DNA from: Bacteroidales bacterium
GTDB taxonomy: Bacteria; Bacteroidota; Bacteroidia; Bacteroidales; BM520
Length of the DNA: 64,000 nt
Reading direction: 5' to 3'
Assembly: GCA_050953245.1 (NCBI GenBank)
Contig: JBMNMG010000002.1
Span: 266,903 to 330,902, forward strand
The notes below the pieces were generated by a model. It saw only the letters and a list, made by a program, of their open reading frames with translations, was not told the DNA's origin and searched no databases. A program made the position numbers and the translations under genes. Every line of letters starts with the position of its first letter. Within the stretch, counting starts at the first letter, position 1. Shown here in pieces: positions 21,707-31,724 of this stretch.

Positions 21707-22898
21707 TACAATAGATGAAGCGATTAATGATTTAATCGAAGGTAAAATGGTTTTGGTTTTAGATGATCCTGATCGTGAAAATGAAGGGGATTTAATTTTA
21801 GCAGCTCAGTTTGCCAATACGGATAACATTAATTTTATGGCCTCAAAAGCAAAAGGTTTAATTTGTATGCCAATGAGTAAAGCTTTTACACAAAAATTGG
21901 GCTTAGAGCAAATGGTACTTAAAAATACTGATAATCATTCTACAGCATTTACAGTATCTATAGATCATGTATCTACTACTACGGGGATATCTGCAGAAGA
22001 AAGGGCGATTACTGCTTTTATGTGTACCGAAGATGATGCGAAACCGGAAGATTTTAGGCGTCCGGGGCATATGTTTCCATTAGAGGCCAGAGAAGGTGGA
22101 GTGTTATTTAGAAGTGGTCATACGGAAGCAACGGTAGATTTACTAAAAATTGCAGGTTTAAAAGAATGTGGTGTTTGTTGCGAGATAATGTCGGATGATG
22201 GTACTATGATGCGCAGTAAAGATCTATTTAGGTTTGCACAAGAAAATGATCTTAAAATCATAAATATTGCCGATTTAATTCACTATCGCAGAAGAACAGA
22301 AAAGTTAGTTCACAGAGTAACATCAGCAGATATGCCTACAAGATACGGTCATTTTACAGCTTATGGTTACGTAAACGAAATAAATGGTGATCATCATGTT
22401 GCATTAGTAAAAGGAGATATTACAACTCCGGAGCCGGTACTTTGCCGAGTTCATTCGGAGTGTTTAACAGGTGAAGTATTTGGTTCTTTAAGGTGCGACT
22501 GTAAAGATCAGTTGGTAGAATCCCTAAAGCGTATAGAAAAAGAGGGTAGAGGAGTAGTTTTATATATGCGTCAAGAAGGTAGAGGTATAGGATTGATCAA
22601 CAAACTAAAAGCATATCATTTACAAGATCAAGGTATGGATACGGTAGATGCAAATTTAGCCTTAGGTTTTAAAGCAGACTTAAGAGATTACGGAATAGGA
22701 GCAGAAATTTTAGCAGATTTAGGTGCTAAAGATTTAATATTAATGACAAATAATCCATTAAAAATTAGTGGTTTGGAAGGATATGGTCTAAGAGTAGTAG
22801 ATAGACAACCTATAGAAGTTGGATGTACTGCAGATAATGAGTTTTATATGTACACAAAATATAAACGAATGGGGCATATACTACATGTTAAAAAGTAA
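21693..22898 (+). CDS. ribBA: Bifunctional 3,4-dihydroxy-2-butanone-4-phosphate synthase / GTP cyclohydrolase II
   Basis: DRENEGDL, GHTEA (DHBP synthase) and CRVHSECLTGE..LRCDC (GCH II) motifs. Confidence 0.93.
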   Translation: MNKYNTIDEAINDLIEGKMVLVLDDPDRENEGDLILAAQFANTDNINFMASKAKGLICMPMSKAFTQKLGLEQMVLKNTDNHSTAFTVSIDHVSTTTGISAEERAITAFMCTEDDAKPEDFRRPGHMFPLEAREGGVLFRSGHTEATVDLLKIAGLKECGVCCEIMSDDGTMMRSKDLFRFAQENDLKIINIADLIHYRRRTEKLVHRVTSADMPTRYGHFTAYGYVNEINGDHHVALVKGDITTPEPVLCRVHSECLTGEVFGSLRCDCKDQLVESLKRIEKEGRGVVLYMRQEGRGIGLINKLKAYHLQDQGMDTVDANLALGFKADLRDYGIGAEILADLGAKDLILMTNNPLKISGLEGYGLRVVDRQPIEVGCTADNEFYMYTKYKRMGHILHVKK

Positions 22899-22994
22899 AA
22901 AACAGTATAAAAACATTCTATAAGAAAAAACATTCTATAAGAATAAGTGAAGTATAAGAAATGACAATTAAACAGAAATAAAAAATTTTGAAAT

Positions 22995-23453
22995 ATGAAA
23001 TACGAAGGAAAATTAATAGCAAAAGGACAACGAATATGTATAGTTGCTTCTCGTTTTAACGAACTAATTACAAATAAATTGATAGGAGGTGCTCAAGATG
23101 CATTTTTACGCCACGAAGGCGAAGAAGACAAATTAGATATAGTTTGGGTGCCGGGTGCATTTGAAATTCCGCTTGCAGCTAAAAAAGTAGCATCCTTAAA
23201 AAAGTACGATGCAATAGTATGCTTAGGTGCAGTAATCCGAGGTGCAACACCACACTTTGATATGGTTGCATCAGAAACAACAAAAGGAATTGCTCAAGTA
23301 TCGTTACAATCGGAAATCCCGGTAATATTTGGAGTATTAACTACTGATACAATTGAGCAAGCTATTGAAAGAGCCGGAACAAAAGCCGGAAATAAAGGCT
23401 TTGATGCTATGAATTCAGCAATAGAAATGGTTAATTTATTGAAAACGATATAA
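22995..23453 (+). CDS. ribH: 6,7-dimethyl-8-ribityllumazine synthase
   Basis: 152 aa; [20 protein letters not shown] motifs. Confidence 0.93.
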   Translation: MKYEGKLIAKGQRICIVASRFNELITNKLIGGAQDAFLRHEGEEDKLDIVWVPGAFEIPLAAKKVASLKKYDAIVCLGAVIRGATPHFDMVASETTKGIAQVSLQSEIPVIFGVLTTDTIEQAIERAGTKAGNKGFDAMNSAIEMVNLLKTI

Positions 23454-23665
23454 ACCATTTTAGCTAGTTACGGTTATTCTTCCTACATGAAGAAATAGAC
23501 GTGAAATACTAAGAAAAAGATAGGATAAGTGATGTATTGTTAAATACTTAATACTTTATTGTCACCTTGTTTTTTTATTTCAAATTTCTGAGGAAATTCA
23601 AAAAATATTAGTACCTTTGATGTCGCGAATAATATATTATTTCAAGACAAAAATTTGGTATTTAT

Positions 23666-24271
23666 ATGCAAGAAAGTATTGAAAATAAGATACTTAATAA
23701 GGCAAAGAAGTGCGGACGTGGTTCCGTATTTTTCATCGGAGACTTTATCTCGTATGGGAATCGTAATGCGGTAAATAAAGCACTGGAACGATTGACGGAC
23801 AAAGGTCAAATGATGAGGGTGGCTCGTGGTATTTATTGCTATCCAAAAATAGAAAAAGTGTATGGACTTGGAGCCATTCCTCCTTCGCTAGAGGAAATTG
23901 CCCAAGCTATAGCTAAAAGAGATGGTGCCAAGATTGTACCATCTGGTCTATATGCACAATATCAACTGGGGCTTACCCAACAGATTCCTATGAATGTTGT
24001 TTACTTGACCAATGGGGTATCTCGGACGATAAATGTAATCGGTGGAAAAAGTATTAAATTTAAGCATGCATCTCCAAGATATTTTGCCATTCGTAATAAA
24101 TTGGCACTGCTCTTGACGACAGCTCTGAAAGATTGGAAAGTGGAAAACCTTACAGAGGATCAAGTTTCAATTATCAAAACTCAATTAATCGAAAACCCGC
24201 GCTTGGAAGTCTCCGATCTCAAACTGATGACTTCTAATGTGCGAGAATTTATACTTTCCCTATATGAATAA
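23666..24271 (+). CDS. AbiEi-like antitoxin/transcriptional regulator (type IV TA, winged-helix N-terminus)
   Basis: N-terminal F..DF...G....V.KAL.RL...G...RVARGIYCYPK pattern of AbiEi_4/DUF6088-type proteins; translationally coupled to an AbiEii-like gene. Confidence 0.6.
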   Translation: MQESIENKILNKAKKCGRGSVFFIGDFISYGNRNAVNKALERLTDKGQMMRVARGIYCYPKIEKVYGLGAIPPSLEEIAQAIAKRDGAKIVPSGLYAQYQLGLTQQIPMNVVYLTNGVSRTINVIGGKSIKFKHASPRYFAIRNKLALLLTTALKDWKVENLTEDQVSIIKTQLIENPRLEVSDLKLMTSNVREFILSLYE

Positions 24272-25274
24272 GTTTCTCACTTTATCAGAAGAACAGCGTA
24301 AAAACATCTTTATCAAGATGGCATATCAAGTTGGATTACCAGCACAAGTGTTGGAAAAAGACTTTTGGGTAACAGCCATCTTGCAAGCTGTTTTTTCATT
24401 ACCCATCGCGGAACATCTTGTTTTCAAAGGTGGAACAAGTCTAAGTAAAGGTTGGAAACTCATAGAACGATTTTCCGAAGATATTGATCTTGCTGTTAAT
24501 CCCGTGATTCTTGACATATCTGAGCACGACCTTACGAAGAGGCAAATCAAAAAATTACGCAAGAAATCTTCCCTTTATGTATTAGAAAAGCTTACTCCCA
24601 TGATTCGGGGTAAACTCGAACAGCAGAGACTGAGTGATTTTATCACCGTAAATCCACAGCCAAATGGAGAAGGAGACAACACTTATCCAGAACCGCGACA
24701 AGTATATATTCATTACAAGACTGTTTTTGAAGACACCCTTTCCTATCTTCGTCCAGATATAGTGTTGGAAATAAGTGCTCGTTCATTGCTGGAACCGACA
24801 AAGGGAATATCTGTCAGAAGCGAGATAAGTGAGTATTTGCCTATAGAGCCGATATCAGACAGCGTGATCCATACTGCTATCCCTGAAAAGACATTTCTCG
24901 AGAAAGTATTTCTATTGCATGAATTATTCTCTGTGTCAACTAATGATATAATAGCTGCAAGGAAGAGCAGACACTTATACGATTTGTATATGATGATGAA
25001 TACAGATTTTGCCAAGCGAGCAATAAAAAATGATGATTTATGGGAGAGTATACGCCATCATTGGGAAATCTACACATCTGTAAGAGGTGTGGATTATACT
25101 CCGGATGTACGTAGATATATTCAGTTAGTACCGAGAAAAGAAATTTTTGAGATGTGGAAAGCAGATTATGACGCGATGAAAGAATCCATGATTTATGGAA
25201 GGAAACCATCGTTTGAAGAACTCTTGAAGGCGATGTCAGAACTTGAAAACAAATTTAGGTATAGCAGTATATAG
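24264..25274 (+). CDS. AbiEii/AbiGii-family nucleotidyltransferase toxin (DUF1814)
   Basis: FKGGTSLSKGW..IERFSEDIDL nucleotidyltransferase core. The likely start is the ATG at 24264 (MNKFLTL), overlapping the upstream stop (ATGAATAA); the track ORF starts at 24237. Confidence 0.8.
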   Translation: MNKFLTLSEEQRKNIFIKMAYQVGLPAQVLEKDFWVTAILQAVFSLPIAEHLVFKGGTSLSKGWKLIERFSEDIDLAVNPVILDISEHDLTKRQIKKLRKKSSLYVLEKLTPMIRGKLEQQRLSDFITVNPQPNGEGDNTYPEPRQVYIHYKTVFEDTLSYLRPDIVLEISARSLLEPTKGISVRSEISEYLPIEPISDSVIHTAIPEKTFLEKVFLLHELFSVSTNDIIAARKSRHLYDLYMMMNTDFAKRAIKNDDLWESIRHHWEIYTSVRGVDYTPDVRRYIQLVPRKEIFEMWKADYDAMKESMIYGRKPSFEELLKAMSELENKFRYSSI

Positions 25275-25420
25275 CTCATTTTTTGCTTGCGTTATGAAAA
25301 TAGATCATACCGCATCTAAAAACAACTCATTAGGTGTAGAATTATCCTTGTATTTATAAAAAGAGTTGGACTAACTCACTAAGTAAAATTCACTTCTGAA
25401 AGTTTTGAAGATAATTTCAT

Positions 25421-25453
25421 AAAAAAAGGCTGTATTCTTAAATATACAGCCTT
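25421..25453 (-). terminator. Rho-independent terminator of rubrerythrin
   Basis: Stem AAGGCTGTAT / ATACAGCCTT; T-run on the minus strand (A7 at 25421-25427 on plus). Confidence 0.65.
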
Positions 25454-25482
25454 ATTATATTGATAGTTATTTAAAATAACGA

Positions 25483-26055
25483 TTAATAGTTGAAAGCTTT
25501 ACGTTCGAAATATGCTTTTGCATGTAAGCAAGCAGGACATTTTTCAGGAGCTTTTTTACCAAAATGAATATATCCGCAATTTCTGCAATACCAGAAAATT
25601 TCTTTATCTTCTTCAAAAACATTACCTGCTTTAACTTTTTCTAATAGTTGAAGATATCTTTTTTCGTGTCCTTCTTCTGCTTTAGCAACCATTCTAAAAC
25701 ATGTTGCAATTTCTTTAAAATCTTCTTCTTCTGCAACATCTGCAAAATGAGGATATAATTTTGTCCATTCTTCATTTTCTCCTGCAGCTGCAGCTTCTAA
25801 ATTCTTTTCAGTAGTATCAATAATTCCTGCTGGAAATGATGCAGTGATTTCTGCCATACCACCTTCTAAAAATTTAAAGAATCTTTTAGCATGTTCTTTT
25901 TCTTGTAAAGCTGTTTCTTGGAAAACAGCGGAAATTTGTTCGTAACCTTCATTTTTTGCTACTTTTGCAAAAAATTCATATCTGTTTTTTGCTTGAGATT
26001 CACCTGCAAAAGATTGTAACAAATTTTTTTCTGTTTTAGTTCCTTTAATACTCAT
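25483..26055 (-). CDS. rbr: Rubrerythrin
   Basis: Ferritin-like di-iron EEHA helices plus C-terminal rubredoxin CRNCG...CPAC. Confidence 0.92.
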   Translation of the reverse strand: MSIKGTKTEKNLLQSFAGESQAKNRYEFFAKVAKNEGYEQISAVFQETALQEKEHAKRFFKFLEGGMAEITASFPAGIIDTTEKNLEAAAAGENEEWTKLYPHFADVAEEEDFKEIATCFRMVAKAEEGHEKRYLQLLEKVKAGNVFEEDKEIFWYCRNCGYIHFGKKAPEKCPACLHAKAYFERKAFNY

Positions 26056-26269
26056 AATTTCTCCAATTTAAAATATTTAATATTAATTTATTATGCAATT
26101 ATACAATTTTTGTTTAATATACAAAGTTAATTTTTTATTAAAATAAAAGTTAAAGATACAAATAATATTTTAATTATTAAAGATTAGGACAATTAATATA
26201 ATAAGGTTATTAAATAACTTTGTAGCTTATTCGTTAAAAATTATTATTTTTGCAAAATCTATTTTGATT

Positions 26270-26341
26270 GGCCCTATAGTTCAACGGATAGAATGGAAGT
26301 TTCCTAAACTTTAGATCCAGGTTCGATTCCTGGTGGGGCTA
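26270..26341 (+). tRNA. tRNA-Arg (anticodon CCT)
   Basis: Hand-folded: acceptor GGCCCTA/TGGGGCT (G1:U72 and U6:G67 wobbles), anticodon stem GAAGT/ACTTT, loop TTCCTAA, T arm CCAGG-TTCGATT-CCTGG. Confidence 0.8.
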
Positions 26342-26391
26342 CAATTAGGCTTTTCGTGATATTAAAAATAAAATAAGAGAAATATAAGTAT

Positions 26392-26961
26392 ATGGGATTT
26401 TTATCTGTACTATTAATTGCAATTAGTTTATCTATAGATAGCTTTTCAGTTAGTATTGCCAGCAGTATGGCATGTAGAGCAAAGTTATGTGCAAAAAATT
26501 ATTACTTTTCGTTAATGCTGGCAATTTTCCAAGCAGGTATGTTTTGTATAGGCTGGCTATTAGCTTTTAAATTTCAGTTTATAATTGAATCTTTAGATCA
26601 CTGGATTGCCTTTGGATTACTTTTGGTTATTGGGTTACATATGATTTACGAGGCTATTAAAAAGCTTAGAAATCCTAATGATAAAAGTGTAAACGATTAT
26701 AATCCTTTTAAGTTTTGGAATGTTGTTCTTCTTTCCATAGGTACAAGTATAGATGCTATGGCAGTTGGTGTTGCGTTTGCATGTGCATTAGAAGATATTA
26801 CGGCAGCTATATTAATATTTTTCACCACACTGATTTTATCTGCGTTAGGCTTATTTTTAGGTAATAAATTGCAAAAAAACATCAAATTTCCTTTTGAAAT
26901 TATTGGTGGTATTATTTTAATAATAATAGGAACTAAAATTTTAATAGAGCACTTATTTTAA
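26392..26961 (+). CDS. mntP: Manganese efflux pump MntP family
   Basis: Six-TM 189-aa protein with duplicated SIDSFSV / SIDAMAVG motifs. Confidence 0.75.
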   Translation: MGFLSVLLIAISLSIDSFSVSIASSMACRAKLCAKNYYFSLMLAIFQAGMFCIGWLLAFKFQFIIESLDHWIAFGLLLVIGLHMIYEAIKKLRNPNDKSVNDYNPFKFWNVVLLSIGTSIDAMAVGVAFACALEDITAAILIFFTTLILSALGLFLGNKLQKNIKFPFEIIGGIILIIIGTKILIEHLF

Positions 26962-27254
26962 ACTGTTTTGATTACATCCCAAACAAAAGCTCTAATACCT
27001 ACTTCATAGTTAACAGAGTTTAATTTTTTAATATTTAAAAGTAAATCTTCTATTTGCTTTTCGTCTTCTAATACCGTTAATATTGAAGAGTTCATTTCGG
27101 GCCATGTATGAGTTCCTCTTCTAGGCTCTCCGTCGTTAGAACCTCTTCCTTGGACTTGTTCCCAAAATGTAAAGCCTTTAATTTTTAGCATATCTAACAT
27201 ATATTCTACGCGTTGTGTTAATGCTTGATTAAATACTATCAATACTGCCTTCAT
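26958..27254 (-). CDS. Small P-II-like, efflux-transporter-associated protein (last gene of the RND operon)
   Basis: 98 aa; MKAVLIVFNQAL..GFTFWE..GRG pattern resembles P-II-fold/DUF3240-type proteins found with RND pumps; position immediately downstream of the RND permease. Confidence 0.45.
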   Translation of the reverse strand: MKAVLIVFNQALTQRVEYMLDMLKIKGFTFWEQVQGRGSNDGEPRRGTHTWPEMNSSILTVLEDEKQIEDLLLNIKKLNSVNYEVGIRAFVWDVIKTV

Positions 27255-27288
27255 ATATTATTAATATTTTTATAATTCTTTTATAAAG

Positions 27289-27338
27289 GAGAAAGAGAAA
27301 TAAAATTATTTATTCAGAACAAAATATTTCTCTTTCTC
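27289..27338 (-). other. Intercistronic 14-bp stem hairpin between the RND permease and the P-II-like gene
   Basis: GAGAAAGAGAAATA (27289-27302) pairs with TATTTCTCTTTCTC (27325-27338); no clean U-tract. Confidence 0.4.
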
Positions 27339-27373
27339 ATTATTACTAAATGATTTATCTTTTTGAAAATATT

Positions 27374-30300
27374 TTATTTATCTTCTTTACAGACAAAATT
27401 GTCTGAGTTGTCAGGTTTATATCTACTATTATTACCATCTTTTTTAGGGCTATACGGATCCGGTAAATATTTTACTTCATCATCCGGAATATCCAAAAAG
27501 ACATATTGTTTCCTAAATTTCTTTTCTTTATCACGTTCACCATGACGAGAAAGAATTCCATAAACTATAGGTACTACATATAGAGTTATAAACGTAGATA
27601 CTGTTGCACCTCCTATCACTACTATACCTAATGGAACCCATAATTCTGATCCTTCACTTTTACTTAATGCCATAGGTAACATCCCTAAAATAGTTGTAAT
27701 TGCAGTCATTAATACCGGACGTAATCTTGATTTGCCGGATAATGCAATAGCTTCGTACAATTCGTAACCTCTATCTCTCATTAGGTTGATATAGTCTACT
27801 AAAACAATTCCATTTTTTACAACAATACCTACAAGTAAAATAATTCCTAAAGCACCAATTAAATTTAATGAAGTTTTAGTTATTAGTAATGCTAAGATTA
27901 CCCCGGATAATGCAAATGGTAAAGACATCATAATTATAAAAGGTTTCGAAAACGATTCAAATTGCGATGCCATAACTATGTAAACTAGTACTATTACTAA
28001 AATTAATAGCAAAATCATATCTCCAAAAGATTCTTGCATTCTTTCGTAATCTCCTCCAATTTGTACTAAAACATCATCCGGAATATGTGTTTCATCTACA
28101 ATTTTTTGAATATTTTTAGCTAAAATATTAATAGGAACGTTATGTGGTGTTATACTAACGGTAACAACACGTTCTCTTCTTTCTCTTTCAATATTAGGAG
28201 GTCCCCAATACTCATTGATACTTGCAACCTCTTTAAGTTTTATTATTTTGCCTTGAGGTGTCATTAACGACATTTCCTCTATATCAGAAATACTATTTCT
28301 AAAATCTTCGTGTAATCTAACTAAAATATTATATTCTTTTCCGTCTTCTTTAAGGAAACCTACTCTCATTCCGGTTATCCTATTCTTTACATAATTAGCA
28401 GCTGTTGCGCTATTTAAACCATTTCTGGCAAGTTTTTCTTTATCAAAAACAATCTGAAGTTCTGCTCTATCGTTTTCTCTACTAATTTTTATATCTCTAG
28501 CACCTTCTACATTTTTTATCTTATCAGAAAAAGTTTGTGCTAATTTATTAGTAGTATTAAAATCATGACCATATATTTTAATATCGATAGTATTACTACC
28601 TCCACCACCTCCTTGCCCTGTACTTACGGAATATTTGATGATTTCCGGAAATTTTTCTAATTCTGTACGAATGATTTCAGCAATCTCAAAAATAGATCTT
28701 TCTCTTTCATTCCTTCGATTAGTACGAATTGTCATATTAAGCTTATTGTTGGAAGCGCTACTAAATACATTTGCTATTGCAGATTCATCATTAGAGCCTG
28801 TAGAGGTGGATATTAAAATAGTTTCAGGAACTTTTTCCAATACTACTTCTTCTAATTTTCTGGCAGTTTGTATAGAGCGTTCTACTCTAGTTCCTGTTTG
28901 TAACTCAGCACTTATAGAAATAATCCCATTATCGGAAGGAGGAATAAAATCTGCCCCTATTTTTCCAGAAAATAAAGGTATTAATGTAAGAATAAAAAAT
29001 GCCAATAGTACTAATAACGAAATCCTTTTATGGCATAAGCACCAACGTAAACTTTTTGAGTATAATACATCTAATTTATTTAAAAATTTAACAACTGTAT
29101 TTTGATAAGTATATTTACGTTTTTTCTTTTTGTTATTATTGTTTTTAGGTTTTAAGAGTTGTGAAGATAACATAGGAGTTAAAGTGATAGCAACTAATGT
29201 AGATGTGGTAACAGTAATTGAAACTAACCAACCTAACTCTTTAAACATTACACCTGCCATTCCTTTTAATGTAGTTAAAGGAATAAACACAGCTAAAATA
29301 ACTAAAGTAGTAGCTATTACAGAAACCCAAACTTCGTTTGTACCATAAATTGCAGCTTCCCTCGGTCGTGATCCTCTATCTATATGCTTAGTAATATTTT
29401 CAAGCACAACTATAGCATCATCCACTACCATTCCTATAGCAATAGTTAATGAACTTAACGATATAATATTCAGAGAACTGTTATTAAGTCGTAAAAAGAT
29501 AAATGCTACAATTAGTGAAATAGGTATTGTTACGGCAATAATAAAAGTTGCCCTCCATCTACCTAAGAAAAATAAAACTACTAAAACAACAAATAATAAT
29601 GCAAATAATAATGAGGTGCTTAAACCGGATATGGCATAGGAAATGTTTTCTGATAAATCATAAATCATTTCTAATTCAATGTCAGGAGGTAATTCTTTAG
29701 ATAATTTTTGTATTTCTTTTTTAACGGCTTTACAAACCTTTACCGTATTAGCACCGGATTGCTTCATGATAATTAATCTACCTCCGGGTTCACCGTTAAT
29801 GCGTTCATCTAAAGTTAAGTCTTTAATAGTATCTCTTACTGTTGCAATATCTCTGACAAAAACTTGCCTTCCATCGGGAGTAGATAAAACAGGAATATCT
29901 TCAATTTCTTTACTTTCAATATATTCACTTTCAACACGTAGCTGATATTGCTCGTTACCCATTTTTACACTTCCGGATGCTAAGTTTAAGTTATTTGTTG
30001 CAATAGATTGACCGATTGCTTCTAAACTTAGATTGTAAGAATCTATTTTATTCGGATCAACTTCTACATAAACATATCTCGAGGGAGCTCCTGAAATACT
30101 AATATTCCCAATACCTTCAATTCTGTTTAGTGGGTTTACTATTTTATCTTCTAAGATTTTTTCTAATCCGGAATAGCTTTTGTCAGAAGTAATAGCAATC
30201 TGCATAATAGGCATCATACTAGTATTAAACCTAAAAATCATAGGTCTGGAACAATTTTCAGGTAATGCATCATAAACGTAGTCCATAGCAGATCGGACCT

Positions 30301-30619
30301 CATTAATAGCCTCTATAATATCTATTCCCCATTCAAACTCTAAAAATATAGACGACGTATTATCTTTAGATGTGGAAGTTATTTTTTTAACTCCATCTAC
30401 AGTGTTTAAAGAATTTTCCAGTAATTTAGTAACATTAGTTTCAATCTCACTACCATTAGCTCCCGGATAAGTAGTCATAATGGAAACAAATGGGGGATCC
30501 ATTTGCGGAAGCTGATCAATCGGTAATTGACGTAAAGAGTATAAACCTAATATGATTACAGCAGTAAAAATTAATATTGTTGAAATAGGTTTATTTATAG
30601 ATGTTTTATAAATACTCAT
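27374..30619 (-). CDS. RND (AcrB/HAE1-type) efflux transporter permease
   Basis: 1081 aa, 12-TM architecture with two large periplasmic loops, AcrB-family motifs (AIGMVVDDAIVVLENI); polybasic insert and an extended C-terminal tail. Confidence 0.92.
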   Translation of the reverse strand: MSIYKTSINKPISTILIFTAVIILGLYSLRQLPIDQLPQMDPPFVSIMTTYPGANGSEIETNVTKLLENSLNTVDGVKKITSTSKDNTSSIFLEFEWGIDIIEAINEVRSAMDYVYDALPENCSRPMIFRFNTSMMPIMQIAITSDKSYSGLEKILEDKIVNPLNRIEGIGNISISGAPSRYVYVEVDPNKIDSYNLSLEAIGQSIATNNLNLASGSVKMGNEQYQLRVESEYIESKEIEDIPVLSTPDGRQVFVRDIATVRDTIKDLTLDERINGEPGGRLIIMKQSGANTVKVCKAVKKEIQKLSKELPPDIELEMIYDLSENISYAISGLSTSLLFALLFVVLVVLFFLGRWRATFIIAVTIPISLIVAFIFLRLNNSSLNIISLSSLTIAIGMVVDDAIVVLENITKHIDRGSRPREAAIYGTNEVWVSVIATTLVILAVFIPLTTLKGMAGVMFKELGWLVSITVTTSTLVAITLTPMLSSQLLKPKNNNNKKKKRKYTYQNTVVKFLNKLDVLYSKSLRWCLCHKRISLLVLLAFFILTLIPLFSGKIGADFIPPSDNGIISISAELQTGTRVERSIQTARKLEEVVLEKVPETILISTSTGSNDESAIANVFSSASNNKLNMTIRTNRRNERERSIFEIAEIIRTELEKFPEIIKYSVSTGQGGGGGSNTIDIKIYGHDFNTTNKLAQTFSDKIKNVEGARDIKISRENDRAELQIVFDKEKLARNGLNSATAANYVKNRITGMRVGFLKEDGKEYNILVRLHEDFRNSISDIEEMSLMTPQGKIIKLKEVASINEYWGPPNIERERRERVVTVSITPHNVPINILAKNIQKIVDETHIPDDVLVQIGGDYERMQESFGDMILLLILVIVLVYIVMASQFESFSKPFIIMMSLPFALSGVILALLITKTSLNLIGALGIILLVGIVVKNGIVLVDYINLMRDRGYELYEAIALSGKSRLRPVLMTAITTILGMLPMALSKSEGSELWVPLGIVVIGGATVSTFITLYVVPIVYGILSRHGERDKEKKFRKQYVFLDIPDDEVKYLPDPYSPKKDGNNSRYKPDNSDNFVCKEDK

Positions 30620-30658
30620 TTTATTTTCTTAGTTAAATTTAACTATATTTATTTTTTA

Positions 30659-31675
30659 TTATTTAACAATTAATTTAGTACCTTCTAATAACTTGGCTTG
30701 TCCTTCTACAACTAAACTTAAACCTTGTAAATCTTCGTTTGCAAAGATTTCAATTTTATCGTCAAATCGTTGCCCTAAGGTAACGTTAATACGTTTTGCA
30801 ACACCATTGTCGTTTATAAAAATGTATCTATCATTAGATCCTTGAACTTTTAAAACAGATTGATACGGTACGATAACCGTTTGAATTTCCCCTAAAGCCA
30901 TGTTTACATTAGTGTACATTCCAGGTCTTAACTTATTACCGTTATTTGGTATCTTAATCTTCACTTTAAAAGTATGAGTAATAGGATCTATAGTTGGATA
31001 CACAATTTCTACAGTACCATTAAAAATATCGTTTGGGTATAAATTAGATATAATTTCTACATTCATTCCTCTTTTTACTAAAGGATAATAAGATTCTGGC
31101 ACATTTACCAAAGCCTTTAAAACATTAATTTGAGTTAATATTAAAACAGGCATATTTGCAAATATTTCGTTTTCCTCATAATTTTTTGCAGAAATAACAC
31201 CGCTAAAAGGAGCTTTAACAAAAGTGTTTTGTTCTAAAAATTTTAGATTTTCTTCCATTTGCTCCAACTGAAGTTTAGTTTGATCATAAATTTGTTGAGA
31301 AATGCTTCCACTTTTAATTAATTGTTCAACTCTCTCCATTTCTGTTTTTAAGTTAGTATAATTTAATTTTGCAGTGTTATATTGGTTTTCATCCATAGTG
31401 AATAAATTCTCACCTTTAGTAACATTATCACCAACATCTACAAAAATCCGAGAAATTCTTCCCATTACAGAAGGAGCTAAATTTACTTGTTCATAGCCTT
31501 CCAAAGTAGTTGAATAACTAACATTATGTGCAGATAACTGTTTATTTATTTCTTCTACACTTACCGTTGCAGGTTTGTTTTCTGTTTCATTAATTGAAGT
31601 AGAATCTTGTTTTTTGTTGGAATTACACCCTAAAACTAAGATTGCAATTATTAAAACTGGTAAATATCTTTTCAT
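30659..31675 (-). CDS. Efflux RND periplasmic adaptor (membrane fusion protein)
   Basis: Lipoprotein signal (LVLGC), biotinyl-lipoyl-like and coiled-coil hairpin regions; operon context. Confidence 0.88.
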   Translation of the reverse strand: MKRYLPVLIIAILVLGCNSNKKQDSTSINETENKPATVSVEEINKQLSAHNVSYSTTLEGYEQVNLAPSVMGRISRIFVDVGDNVTKGENLFTMDENQYNTAKLNYTNLKTEMERVEQLIKSGSISQQIYDQTKLQLEQMEENLKFLEQNTFVKAPFSGVISAKNYEENEIFANMPVLILTQINVLKALVNVPESYYPLVKRGMNVEIISNLYPNDIFNGTVEIVYPTIDPITHTFKVKIKIPNNGNKLRPGMYTNVNMALGEIQTVIVPYQSVLKVQGSNDRYIFINDNGVAKRINVTLGQRFDDKIEIFANEDLQGLSLVVEGQAKLLEGTKLIVK

Positions 31676-31724
31676 TTTCTATTTAAGATTTATTATTTTT
31701 TGTCAAATTATTTATTCAAGATAA

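Noticed and set aside
23460-25420. The AbiE region was considered as a compositionally foreign island.
   Set aside because: My 100-nt spot counts (38% G+C at 24401-24500 versus 41% in ribH at 23101-23200) do not support a shift. I make no horizontal-transfer claim from composition.
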